DNA from: Lingula anatina
Lineage: Eukaryota > Animalia > Brachiopoda
Assembly: GCA_051362555.1 (NCBI GenBank)
Contig: CM120642.1
Coordinates: 19,778,001-19,842,000 of the forward strand
Length of the DNA: 64,000 nucleotides
Direction of reading: 5' to 3'
Below the pieces are notes generated by a model, which was given only the letters and a program-made list of their open reading frames with translations, did no database searches and was not told where the DNA came from. A program made the translations under genes and the position numbers. Positions 10,701 through 25,200 of the stretch are shown here, in pieces; within the stretch, counting starts at the first letter, position 1; each line of letters begins with the position of its first letter.

Positions 10701-13700
10701 CATGCTGATTTTCGAACTCGACCTGCGTATTATGAATATTCATCAGTTCTGTAAGTTTCAAGTCAAAAGGTAAAATGGTTTTCCACTTATAGTGTTATCG
10801 GTACTGCATATATGCTGAAAAAAGTGAAAAAACAGCATAAATTCCCTAAAAGTGACCCGATCATGCTGATTTTCGAACTTGACCTGCGTATTATGAATAT
10901 TCATCAGTTCTGTAAGTTTCAAGTCAAAAGGTAAAATGGTTTTCCACTTATCGTGTTATCGGTGCTGCATATATGCTGAAAAAAGTGAAAAAACAGCATA
11001 AATTCCCTAAAAGTGACCCGATCATGCCGATTTTCGAACTTGACCTGCGTATTATGAATATTCATCAGTTCTGCAAGTTTCAAGTCAAAAGGTAAAATGG
11101 TTTTCCACTTATCGTGTTATCGGTAAAAGTGCACGGCGACGACGGCGACGACGGCGCCGACGGCGACGACGGCGACGACAGACACAGATGATGGCTATAT
11201 GTACAGACACATCTGTGTCTGTACATAATAAAAAAGGTTTACAAGATTAATCTGATTAACATGTGAAATGAAGTACTGTAACAGTAGAATCTGTAGTCAA
11301 GTAAATATATCACCTGCATAGCTAGTCTTTTTAATACAGCCTGGTCCTGGACAGCTTTAATATCATCTACAGCCAAACCAACCTGGGGAAAATCATATTG
11401 CGAAATAGTCATACTTACGTTTTATAAATCCATTTTCATTTGATTTGTAATTCTTCACTATATTTCCCACTTTTACCCCTTTTTAATACATGTAGAGAAA
11501 ATGAAGCTTCACCCCCCCCCCCAAAAAAAAAAATAAAATAAATAAAATAAAATAAAATAAAACTACTGTAACAAAAAATTGATTAAGCAAAATTTAAGAA
11601 ATATGAAATTAAATTTTTACTTGTGAAATATGAGTCACAGTGGTTGGAAATTTGGAAAGTGCTTGAAAATAACTTATTTTATTAAGTGATTTCTTTCCAA
11701 AAACCACAATACAATATTCAATACAGGTGCCAGTTTTATGTGTAGTATACGTATATCTAAGTCATAAAATATCTTCAAACACACAAATGCATTCACATAT
11801 TTGTTTCACCTCACCAGTAAATTCATGATAAGGATGGACATGAGAACCAAGAAGAGAATAAAGATGGTATATGTGACCCCCTCATAGTAGACCTGATCAC
11901 TGTGCATGTTTTGCCCCTCAGGTGTGATCTCTGTAGTGTATTGAGTATCAAACTCAAACTCTCCTATCATCATTACAGTTGTCTTCAATAAAGATCTGGC
12001 TGGAGAGCTGAATGACGCCTGAAATCAAACTTTAAGTGATGAGAATTAAGTTCTTAATTAAATGTGATCTAAGTTATATACAGTAGGTACACTTTGAAAT
12101 CTCAATTGGTCATGCTTTTATTTTTCAAATATATTGGACTTGCATGGGTTTAATAATATTTTATAAAAGCTGATGAATGCAATCACAGATATTGTTCTGC
12201 AAAACAGCACATACACAATTTATATGGTCTGGATGGTGTGCAAGTGGAATGATCATTTAAGCTGGACTATATAATATTTAAGGTACACAACAAGAATGTC
12301 TTTTTTTCTCCTCACTTGGTTTTTCAACAACACATGGAAGGTCAATCCAAAGGCCACTATGAACAAAACAAAGACAAGGAAGAATTGGCAGAAGGTCCAG
12401 AGGATGTCTGTGAACATCACTACATAGATTCCAAATCTTGGCAACTTTCTTATGAACAACAACAGCTCAATCCAGGCCAGGAATAGTGCAATGGCTCCCA
12501 CGTTCCACTGCCATGGCTAAATGTTGACAGAGAATATCTTTGGGTACACAAATTTAAAAAATCTTGAATATATTTACATATAATGTTAACACTTAAAATT
12601 TATATTTTAAACTTGCATAAAACTGTATAAAGGAAAAGTATTAACAAACAAAATGGAACTTAAAGGATAGGGAATTTAAAAAGGCACAATTGCATATTTC
12701 ATTTATTTATTAATCAGAATGACAAAAAGATAACCCAATGGCATATTTTTATTCTTTTTCATCAATAATGTAGTTAAAACAAATAAACACAATTGCATCA
12801 TTACTCACATGCCTGATATGAGGGTTGCTCATCTGACATGAATCCCAGTCCATCACCAGTAAGAATGCAGGCACATATATCAACCATTCAATAAGGTTTT
12901 CTACATTCACATAGCTCATCTTTGAGTAGCATATTTGATACAACTGTAAAAAAAATATTTGAAATTTACATGATTTCATCATCTTTAAAATAACCTGGAA
13001 CTTCATCTTAATAACTGGGAACACTGACAGTTGCAGTTAAAGAACAGAGCATGAAGTTACAACTTAATTCAAATAAAAGAAAGGGGTAGACAGGGTAATG
13101 TCTCCTTATCACCAAATTTTTTCAACTTGTATACTGAAAAAATATTCAGAGAAGCTGAAGATATGAAAGCTGTGAATAAAGAAGGAATCATTATAATTAA
13201 TAATCAGAGATATGCAGATGGTACAGCTTCATAAACAGAAACTAATTCAGAATTACAAAAGTTAGTAATGATCAGTCAATGAAAACCCTACGGAATGGAA
13301 ATAAAGCAAACAAAAACAAAAGGAATATTAATGAGGAGAAAAAAATGTGTAGAGAATAGAAATTGCAAGATTTAGCATTTTTAATTTTAGTGAAAGTTAT
13401 ATATAAAGTTCAAGATACATTAGCATCAATCTTTGGCTGTCTATCATTAAATGTTAACACTTTTATACAGCTCAGAGATATTGACACTAACAAAACAACA
13501 ATGGAAAAAACGTAAATGTTTGAAATGTGGGTGTATAGAAGGATGTTTAAAGTATCATGGACTGAGCAGAAAAGAAATGAAGGGTTGCTACATAATCTAT
13601 AAAAATTAAAAGGTCATCATTATTACACCACCAAGAAAATCAGAGAAGAATTTCATCAGCTGTGTTATGTTATAAAAATAATGTGATTTTTTTCTTCAGT

Positions 13701-16700
13701 CAACAGCTAATATTGAGATCTCAATATTAGCTGTTGACTGAAGAAAAAATCACATCGTTCTCACCACCAAGAAAAGAAATCCACCTTTAGCTTATTTTGG
13801 TCTCATCATGAAAAAGATAATTTGCATTGGTTGCTGTTGGCAGGAAAAGTGTGAACAACAAGAACAACATGGATGGGCAACAAAAATGAATGGACTAATT
13901 AAAAAAATATAGTGAACAATGGCGCAAGATTGAGAGGAATAGTGATCCATGGCAGCCAATCTGCTGACAGTGGATGGCACCCAAATGAATGATGAATGAA
14001 TCATCTTACACCCCATTTCCATAGATTTTTAGATCGATCTATCCCTGTGGGGAGTCTCACTAGATTACTGTCAGCTTGGCCGGCTTAAGCGTCTGTCCTG
14101 CCTACTAAAAGCTGTAAGGGGGTAATTAACTATGACCCCATTTCCAGAGATTAAATCGATCTACTTTAGATTGACCTAACTCCATGGGGGTTCACGCTAA
14201 ATAGCTGTCAGTCGAGCGGACACAAAAGATAATTACCCCCTTACAGCTTGTAGTAGGCGGGACGGACATTAAAGCCGGATTATCTGACAGTAATCTAGTG
14301 AGACTCCCTGTGGGGATAGATAGATCTAAAAGCTCTGGGAATACAGCCTATGGTGCCCGCTCGGCTGACTGCAATTTAGCGTGAACCCCCAGAGATTTAG
14401 ATCGATCTAAATCCTAATCTTTAGATCGATATAAATCTCTGGGAAAGCACTCTTAGTCCTCATGTTTATGTAAGATTATATAAATATATATTTTGCCACT
14501 ATGAAAATAAGTTGCTGCAATTATAATTGAATTTATCTATCTCAGATTTCATTTAAATAATACTTACATCGAGTCCTCAAACATTAAAATACTGCAGTAT
14601 TTTAGCCTTAACATACAACTTTTACCCATGGTATCAGAATTACAGTGTATTTCCCAATTATTTTACCTCCCTGAATGTTGTAACTATGGCTAGTGCCAGA
14701 ACTATCCACTTCCCTATGGTTCCAAACAACAGAAATGCTATGGGATACTGTACTGGCTGGTGTAAGCCAAAGCTGGCCAGTTCCTGACAGGATACTGCAT
14801 TGATATCAGTCCCATTCCAGGCAGTGCTAGAAAAAGTGAAAAAGACAAAGAAGGCACTTTGTTTTATCATTTTGCAAATAAATAAATGATATTTCCTCTT
14901 AAAACCAGCACAAGTGATTTTGATTTTCATGATCTGCCCCACATTTACAATCTTAGTCTCTCTTAATCTCATCTATAAAATAACAACCAACGAGCAGACA
15001 TGGTGGATTACCAAATAAATAAATAAATAAATAATGTGGGTTTAAGCATTATTTGTCTGTGATTGTTATCTGATGAATGAACTCCTACAATTGTTATCTG
15101 GTGAATGAACTCCTACAGCAGAACTGACCCTCATTATAATTACTGACCAATCATATAATTATTATAAATACTTTCAATATACTTACTAGTTCACCAGCAT
15201 ATATGGGGGTTCATGGACTAGCATATAACCTGTCAGAAATGTCAGGAAGACACTGTAAATGATCAGATTGATATAGTAGAAGGCAGCTCCAAATTTTTGC
15301 CACTTGTGTTTCAGCAAGCTGGCTACCAGTGGGTGACTCAACAAGTCCTCTCTTTTTGAGGACACCTGTAATATTTCAGCATAATGAAATAATCATAAAC
15401 TATAGATACATGTATATGAGCAGAATATATATCACTTACTTTTTAAAATATTTTGCATGGTTTTAAGAACCAGTGCTTTAATTGTGATTGCAATTGTGAT
15501 TGCCAAATGATAATTGTATGAATGGGTGCATGACAATTATGTTTGATAGTCCAAAACTTGTTAATTAACATGTTCATTGGTCCGAAGGTTCTTTAGTCTG
15601 AATTCAGGTTCACTGATTGGTCTGAAGGTTCAAATACCGCATGGGAATATGCAATAGTCTGAACCCAATGACAGAATGTACAGATATGGTGTACAGTGTA
15701 TTACTGCATTATCATGCATTACTCCTAGAGTGCAAGCACCAAAATTGCAAATGATTTGGCCATGCAGCTTTCACTGTTCCTCTCCTTGTTTGTTTTTGTT
15801 TTTCTTGACTCGCGATTGACACTATTTCAGATGAGCAGAAGATATGAGTACTGATCAAATAAAGCTTTCAAAGACTCCAAGTCATAACATATAGTACACA
15901 AGTATTAATGCATATTTCCAACATTTTACAAATAACTGTGTTTTATTATAATAACATAATTATACACATTTCAGTCTTTAGGTATTTGACCCAGGCAATT
16001 GAGGTGATAACAGCTATATGTCTGGGGTACTGAAATGTCTCGATCAGCCGCTGGTTATCTAAGGCACACACTTTTATTTGTTATGAGCAATGTTTTTGGC
16101 AACTATTTCCATTGAGCTATGTCAGTGAGAAGTCATTCAGTTTTTTGGCTGCAGTGATTTACGTACCCGCATTGTTCCCTAGTGCAGTTTTGGCATACCA
16201 GACCTCAACAGAGTGGACAATTTAACAGGAAATGAATTTCATCATAAAGCTTTTCATACTCTGGTAGAGTTTCCCAATTTTCAACATTCTCAATTGTCCC
16301 ACTTCTATCATCACTAGAGCGGCTAAAATGGTGTGAATCAGATTATTTTCCTGGAATTGGTTTTGGAATACCTTTTGTGTTGGTAATATGATCATGTCAA
16401 TTTTTGAGAGTAACCTTTTTAACAAACAAAACAAACAAAAATTTACATGGTATGACAGTTACAGGGACTGATGTTCCAGATGATGTCTGCAAAAGGAGAA
16501 AACGTTGTTGTCCTTGGTCCTACTTTAAACTAATGAATTAAGTTTCAGACCAATTATAAGACCGTTGGACTAACAATTTAAACTCGATGTTTGGACTATT
16601 AGATGACCTTCAGATCAATGAACAATTTTATTTTTTAAAAAATTGATGAAAATGTTAAGAATCTTAAATTTGGACAAATGAAACTTAGGACCAATGAACC

Positions 16701-19700
16701 TTCAGAATATTGAGATTGAACATGCAGTACAGATGTGACTAAATAATGTTGCAATATATATATATAACATATACCATAATCTGCAATGGATGGTTTTTCT
16801 TCAAAATTCTTGAATCCTTCGAGTAGGGGGGGACATCAGGTTTAATGATATGCGTGTCTTCATCATAAATTGAATCTGAAAGACAAACACAGAGCTGCAG
16901 TAATTATACATATATATGTATATCTCTCCCCCGAGCAAAACATCAGCTGGAACAGGAGCCCAGGCTGCCAGAGAGACTGCCAGGGAGACTGCTCTTTAAT
17001 TTGCAGTCTGGGGCTCCAGTGTGCAACTGTCTTCTTGAGCAGGCAGACTGCAAAGGGGGCTGCAATAACTTTAACTTTTTTGCAGGGGACTGCAAATGAA
17101 ACTGAAAAAACTGTCATTTTCAGAGGATTATGTACACCTTGACACCACTATATAGCTCTCTTATCGAAACCGGCAACTGAATAAAATTGTATATCATGGA
17201 CAGTTTTTCTTACCTGAGCAGGATCCATCATCACTCTTCTCTCCCCAGTCTGCAAACGTGTCATCCAGGTATTCATAGTTGAATATTATTTCACAATCTG
17301 AGTTTTCAAGGTTGGTCATGTTGGGTTTCATGCACTTGTTAAACACTTTCTCTGCAACATCTGCTTAAAATTAAATAACCATGCATTTAAATTGTCGTCC
17401 TTTGTACCCCTTTTAGACGCTTTCTTTATACATGTATCCTTGTATCTAAGATCTAATATACCTGTTTATTAGATCTTAGCTTGTATGCACAATCACTTGA
17501 AATGTGGCAACGGTGGTATAATGGGATGAAAAACTTTCAACAAAAATAAATTCAACAAATGGAGAATTACATTCAAAGTAAAACTTTCTGTCATGGTGTG
17601 ATTAACATGTTAGAGTTATGTCTCTTGATCATATCTGATAAGAAAACAACTTTACAGAGATTTATTTTACAGACAATGAGAATTCTTTACTCTATATCAT
17701 AGTGTTCAAGTAAACTTCCTTACCTGGCATTTTGCGGATTAGTTTCCTAAGGGGAGTGTCCTTTCCTAAATCTTTGGAAACTGCTGTTTGGTTTTTCATA
17801 GCTTCTTCCCACTTGTCCGACTTAACAACTGCCATGGCAACATTCCTATAATAATATATTATAATAATAATATACTTATTATTATTATTATTATTCCTTT
17901 ATGACCATGGATACAACCACATTTTGTACAATGTCTATATACTAATCTATTATTATTTAGGCTAACATAATAATTATTATGAACCAATACATAATATACT
18001 GTTGAATGCATGATAAAATTTTGAAATGAACAATTTTCTACAATTATTGACTTCAATGTTGATCAAATACCCCAGCTTTGGGTAGAATACCATTTTCTGG
18101 TGACCGAAATACAAAGTTCATAACTGTTTTATTACATGAACGTCAGGCTAAAACATCAAACTACATAGCATTATACAAATAAATAAGCAACAAAGTTACA
18201 TAAATAAATTAATGGGCAGCACAATTACACATATGTGTTTATTATATTATTATATTATGTAATGTTACAAACCATGTATCTGGTAAGACACGCATGCAGT
18301 GAATTGCACTATAATTATTATAATGCACAATCCCATTCTCAAAGTCAACTACACAGCAAGATAATTCTAGAACGATATTATTGATCCAAAAGAAAAGAGA
18401 ATTAATCTCCGCAGACAAGCTATAGGTTAGATAACTTTCAAAAATGATTAAAATAAATGAAAAAAATATTAAAGACTGCATCATTATAACATGATTCCAG
18501 CAGCGTAATTACATAATAGGAGGATGAGTAACACATATACTGTGTTACAAAAACTGATTAAATTAAATGAGATAACATGTACAATAGTGTGAAAGCCTTT
18601 TGTCCAACTTACTCATGGTTGCAATCTATAGCCATATCCAGGCAGTTTAAGCCATTTTGATCTCTCTGCGCTATGTTTGCACCCATCTTCATTAGAAATT
18701 CAACCATCTCTGTGTGGCCACCCTTGGCAGCCAAATGAAGAGGGGTAACCTGAAAAATTAAAAGTTTTCAATAAGGGCTTTGCACTTATAATTAATTGTC
18801 CTCTCAAGTCATTTTATGGCAAACTTTACATATAGCCTGCCAGAAAATTATGATTGTTAAATAAACATACTGGTTTATTGCTTTAAAGATAAGATAACAA
18901 ATTTAAAGTGTTGTATTAAAAAACAAGTGAAACCCAATGCAAGGATGTTTTAGTAGGATACAGAGATGTTTGGCCTAGTCTGCTGCATTCTTCCTAATTT
19001 TGTTATTGTCTTGGAGGTGTATTTGATGCAGGAAATAAAATATCCTTAACAGTTACACAAAATTAAAGAACAGACATTGCTCTTTTGTCTCTACATGTAC
19101 CTTTTCTTTATCAAGTGGATCAATGGGACTGTGTGCCTTCAGCAGTGTTTCTGCTGCCTTCACCTTGCCCATGTAGGCAGCACAATCAAGAGCTGTCCAA
19201 CCTTTGGCATTCCTAGGAATGACAAACACAAGTGAAAACTATGGTTAACTTCTATTATTATAATTAAAATGTGCTCGCTTATACAGCAAAATGATTGCAG
19301 GACAAATCCTTAAGCTTGTTTTGTTTTTTTGTTCAGTACATAAATTGCCAATGCAAAATATTTATTGCATTTTTGTGACATATTTAAAAAACTAAGCTTG
19401 GTTTGATGGCAATTTATAATACTTAAAATTGTTTGTACTAGCAGTTCGTGATTGTTTCTCACTGAGAATTATTACACAATAAATGTTTAATTTTATGCAG
19501 TTGTGTAGGAGTGAATAAAAATATGTATAACTCGAGACATCTGAATGAGAAATAAATGGGTCACCCATTTGAATAAAACTCCAAAATGCAAATGCACATA
19601 TGCACATGCACACACCCACACGCAACTTACAGTCGGTATAAGGATACTGTTACCTAGTCTCCACACCTGCCCCGAGGTCCAGCAGCACATCCATCACTCT

Positions 19701-22247
19701 CTGATGACCAGCCAGAGCAGCCAGGTGGAGAGCTGTGTTTGAATCCTCATCTCCATCATATATTATTGTCTTCTGCTTGTTCACAAGCTCTCTTACAACT
19801 CTGTTAAAAAAAAACTGTGATTATTTGACATTTTACTATTGGTTGTTACCATTTATTGATGAAATCATATGTATTGTACTTCCTGCTGAATATGATATGG
19901 ATCATTTATTTGAAAACTCTTAGCAAAATATCAGGCCTGCTGCAAATTTGCAGTGAATCTTGAGCAAGTTTGTTCCAATAACGCTGCAAACTGCAATGCC
20001 TTCTTACAAAAAATTTGCTGCAATATGGCTGCAAATAAGCAGCAATCAAATTCTTCTTGCAAACTTTTCATCTTGCTTAGGGACTGAACTGATATAAGTA
20101 TAAAACATTGCCCTATTTTTGCATTCTTCCATGTGACTGTAAACCTTGTAATATAATAATAATAATTTTTCATGCAAATAGATAAAAACCATGACATTTT
20201 TTTTCATATCGATGCATGAGATCTAAAATTCATAATTTTCATCTTTAAAATACTGATAAACAGATTAATACAAACTCACAGTGGTTGATCATACATAGCA
20301 GCTAAATGCAGCGGCGTCTGTTCATCTTCATTTTTGTCGTCCACCATGGCATTGTGCTCCATAAGCAACTGATAATATAAGAGAATGTTCATAAATTCTG
20401 ACTTTAAAAAATCACCAAACACAATATTCAATGATGATTCAATTAATGAGAAAAAATAAACATTTTGAAAATGAAAACAATGAAAATGCCAGATAACAAT
20501 TTCTGGTGTTATCTTGAAAGACACTGACATTCAGGTATTTGGTAATACTGTAAAAAACAAGATTGACTTCTTTCTGGTCAATATGTTGCTTTGCAGACCT
20601 CACAAAAGTGATGCATGTATAGGCCTATACCTGTCTCCACATCGATTTTAGGTCTACAAAACAGCATATTGACCTCAGCCAAAGTCAATGAATGCCCTTA
20701 GCAAAATGAAGTTTGCAGCAATATTGCAGCAAATATGCTGCAAACTAAAAGTTTGTGGCAGCCAGTTTGCAAGAGTTTGTAAGAAAAAATTTGTATTGCT
20801 GCTAACATCTCAAGATGATTTAAAGTTTGCAGCAGGTCTGCAAACAAGTCTTTATATGTTCCAGCAAATTTGCAGCAAATTAACAGCTACTTTGCAAGAA
20901 GTTTGCAGTAAGTTTGGAGGTGGGTATTTATGTTCTTGCACATTTGCTGCAAATATGCAGTAAATTAGCAGCAAATTTGTACATGTAGCATATTTGCAGC
21001 AATTAAATTTCTCAGGGAATTTGCAGCAGTCCAGATATTTTGCTAAGGGTGTATAGCATATTGGTACCTTTACACAGTTGATGTGGCCCAACTGTGCAGC
21101 AATATGGAGTGGGGTGTTGCCATAGCGATCAGGTTCATCAATCAGCTTTGTTACTTTTGGGTTTTTCAGCAGAACCTGAAACACAGAAAATACCATATCA
21201 TATTCAAGAATGGCTTTACTGACACATGGTACAAGCTGGAAAAAGAAATGAATGGAATGCCCGCAGTAGATGGGAAGTACATATGCCATTGGAAATAAGG
21301 GCTTAAGGAGACTATAAGGAGTGCAAAAAGTTGTAACTTCTTGAGGAGTGATAGAAGCAGATTGTCTATTATGTTAAGTTCCCTTCTGCTTGAAAAATTA
21401 TAACTCTCTATTCAAATTCTGCCATGAATGTTGAACCTCAATAACCTGGGCAATGAGTTTTCTATTTTAAAAAAAATCTGTAATTCTTCCGAACAGACAG
21501 AGCTGACTTAAGCTACCTGAAGACAGCTGACATGATTGTTTTCTGCAGCCCAGAAAATGGCAGTTTTCTCATTCTTGTCCGCTGCACTAGGGTCGGCGTT
21601 GTACTTGAGCAGAACCTTGATCACCTCAGGATTTCCCCAACATGCTGCCAGCAATAGTGCGGTGCAGTTATCCTCATTACGCTTCTCAATGTCTGCATTG
21701 CTATAGCAATGTTATAAAGAAATGGTAAAATTTAGATATCAAACACCCCAGTATACACCTAAATGTCAAAAGCATTGTACCTATTTAGTTCCAATGGGCT
21801 CTGGTATCAGTATAGGCCTACTCCTCCTTCACATCGTGCAACAGACGCTAAAAGGGTGAGGGGCGCATAGAAACTGAATACTTCTTGAATAGTAATAATC
21901 CTTTAAAAATGAACAGAAAGGCTTTTCAGTACACAGCACTACAGTGATCAATTATTAACCTTTTCAGTAAAAGCTCCACTACTTCGGGGTGGTCATTCTC
22001 TGCAGCTTTATGGAGTGGTGTCTCCTGGTTGTGGTTAAGAGCGTCCACTCTAGCATTACTGTCCAGGAGCAGCTGCACGACCCGTACATCTCCACCAACA
22101 GAGGCAAGGTGGAGCGGAGTGGATAAGTATTTGGATGTTTCATTATCAAGCCCACCTACAATATAGGGAAAGGAGTCAAATAATGCACACAAGTTCCCCT
22201 AGATCACAGTTTTAGCAGAGATTGTGACTTATTTAGCAGAGATTATT

Positions 22248-22293
<46 letters not shown>

Positions 22294-25200
22294 TGGAGAT
22301 TGGATTGAGATTTTTATACATCATGTTCAGGGATTAAAACCACAAATAAAATATAGTTCATGCAATACACTTGGATATGTAGGCTACTGGTAAGTAAATG
22401 CATGTAAAATTAAGTTTAAATGAGATATATACGTGCATGTACAAACCTTTTTCTATAATTAATTTGGCCACTTCATAATGACTATTGTTGACTGCAAGAT
22501 GAAGGGCTGTATTCTGTTCTACATTCTGATCTGTTACCATCTAGAAAATAAACAACAGTTAAGGAAAAAATTATCAAGTTCTAATACATTGCAAAAAAAC
22601 GCCAAATTTAAGTATGCAGAAAAAAGTTGCATAGAGTAATGAGTAAAAATTCCGAAGCTTTATTGCCACTTCTTTAAGCTGTCTTTACGAATGCTAAATG
22701 AAACAGGCACTACCTCTCTTGGAATGTCTACCATCTTGTGGACATAAATATATATCCTTTTGTACGCTTAACACACTTTAAAAAATTGATCCTAAAATGA
22801 AATGTGAAATTAAGGCCTGTCTTTCTAATACTGATACAACTTAAAGAGTATTTGTTTGCATTAGTTTTAATTAAGACAGGAGCAATTCAACCATAAAACT
22901 CATCAACTGCCAATAGTTTATACCTGTGACAAAGTAACCCAACCATCTTTTTTCTGTCCTGCATCAAACAACATGCCGACAATCTCAATATTGCCCTTCT
23001 CCGCTGCCAGGTGAAGTGGAGTACATGACTCATGATCAATGCAACGCAGGTTTGCCCCAGCTTCTATGAGAATCTGTGCCACCTCCACACAACTATGGGC
23101 CGCTGCTAAGTGCAGCGCCGTCATCTGCTGCTTATCTGCGGCCTGAAATAAAGAATAAGATATTGAATGAAATCAGGTATCATTTTACATGCTTTAACAC
23201 TCTATTTAACTAAAATATCTTAGTTTATACTATAGAAGACAATCATATTGCACATTGCCTAAAGGCCAATTAAAACCATAAAACTGTTACAAACCAAAAT
23301 CTTTTAGAAATGGTCATTTTCAGACTGTTTCAGAGGACACTTTTAAAGACATCTATCTGGCAATTTATAAATATGAATGTCTTTTATCCGATTCCAATCT
23401 GCCTACCTCTATATAAATATCTGGCACACTCAGTAGTTCTCTGCAAACACGGTCATTCCCTCGCATGGCAGCAAAATGGAGTGGGGTCAGACCATAGTAA
23501 TCCTGAGCATTAACATTAGCCCCTCGTTCTATTAAGTATTTTACAACACTTGGCTGATTATCCAGTTCATCATCAGATGCTGCCTCTTCTCTCACCTAGA
23601 ACAATACATGCACCTTAAGAGCCTTTGTTAGGACCTTGTGACTTCGTGATCCATTATTAGTATCAGGTTACATTTATTACATGAAATCCCACCATGGTGA
23701 TATCATTAGCCTCTGTTTAATTAGCGCACGTAGCATTATGATAGGATGCCTAGTTGTTTAATTAAGCCAAAATGCAAAAGGTGTATTTAAGAAAGAATGA
23801 ATTATACTTGAGTGGAGACTTGGGAGCAAGGCTTTTCCCAGAATTGGGGTACAGGCAGACCAAAATCGCCATTTGTAATTTCTTTCAAAATTTTAGGGCG
23901 TCAACTTTTGCAAGGTGGGGGTTGGGGTTTAAAGGAAAATGAAAAAAATTTTAAAAAATAATTAATTTCAAGGGGGAAGTGGGGTTAAAAATAATCGATA
24001 ACGATCTCCAGCGAACGAACTCCCTTGAACGAACATGAGGATTGCCTTCTCGTCTCGCTTGGACCAAGAGCGATCTCTGCCTGACCACCTTCCACATGTA
24101 CAAGGAAGGCTTTTTGCTTCTCGTTTAAGGGTCCCATTGGACATTTTGTTACCCGTGAAAGCTATTTTTAATACTGCGAGATGCAAGAAACGTTAATTTT
24201 ATTAAGCGAGATCCGTGAAGCACCCCATTCTCGTGACACGTGAATGCGGCTTTTATTTTTCGCCCTTCGTGAAAGAAGTCATTATACCCAGGGATTCATG
24301 ATTTTCAGGATTTTCGACTTGCATTATAGGTGAGATATGAATGAAGTTTTATTTACTGGGATTTGTGTATTGATTACTCCATTTCCCGTGAACTGTGATT
24401 AATATCTCCCATGCAATGGGACTCTCTCTCGTCTCGCTTGGATCGCGAAGGATCTCCGGCTGACGATCTTCCGCGAACAAAGTCCCATGATCGAATATGA
24501 AAATTGCTTTCTCGTTTAGCTCGGACAGCGAAGGATCTCTTACTAAGATATTAGAATTGCCTCCTCGTTTCGCTCGGATCGGTAACGATCTCCGGCTGAC
24601 AATCTTTGCGAACGAAGTCCATTAAACAACTGCTAACGATTTCTTTCTGATCAATATGAAAATAGCCTTTTTGTCTATCAGCTAGCGTTGTCAGGTGCCG
24701 TAGCCTATGTATGAAGTTTATAGAAACATTTTTGAAATTGTGTTTTGTCAGCTTTAGGTAGTGGTTACGTCGTAACTGAACAACAGCGTGTACTACAATG
24801 AAGTATAATTAAACTCGGACGCATGATCATAAAAGCTGGGTACGTCCAATTAGTCTAAGGAAGCATTCACATCGAAAAGAGCCGAGGTCTAGTAAGGCCG
24901 CGACCTAAATATGGCGGACCTACATGAAAGGAAGGCCGCTTAATCCACTAATGGTCTCCCCACCTCTCACACGCCTTCACACGCGTCGTCCCTGCAGGGG
25001 CACACTAATTAGATCTCGGCTCAATTCAACCGGTCGAGGGACGACGCGTGGGGAGCCGTGTTAGAAGCGGAGAAACCATTACAGGATTAAGCGGTTTCCC
25101 TTTCATGTAGGTCCGCCACATTAAGATCGCGGCCTTATTAGACCTCGACTCTTCTCGATGCGAATGTTCTCAAAAAGAGTTTCGTGCGTGACGTCCACGG

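Larger units (their letters stand above)
9187..11230 (-). mobile_element. Helentron-associated non-autonomous element (HINE/DINE-1-like) carrying tandem arrays
   Basis: Read on the minus strand: T-rich start; subTIR ATGTACAGACA with adjacent inverted copy (11199-11226); (GTC/GCC)n microsatellite (11133-11180); tandem array; 3' subTIR (9209-9219); hairpin GGCAGC-aaa-GCTGTC (9192-9206); TTGTT end. Confidence 0.8.

Noticed and set aside
10340-11122. Regular 120-bp array as a CRISPR-like locus
   Set aside because: Units are head-to-tail with no unique spacers, no cas genes are present, and the context is a eukaryotic intron. It is a satellite inside a HINE-type element.
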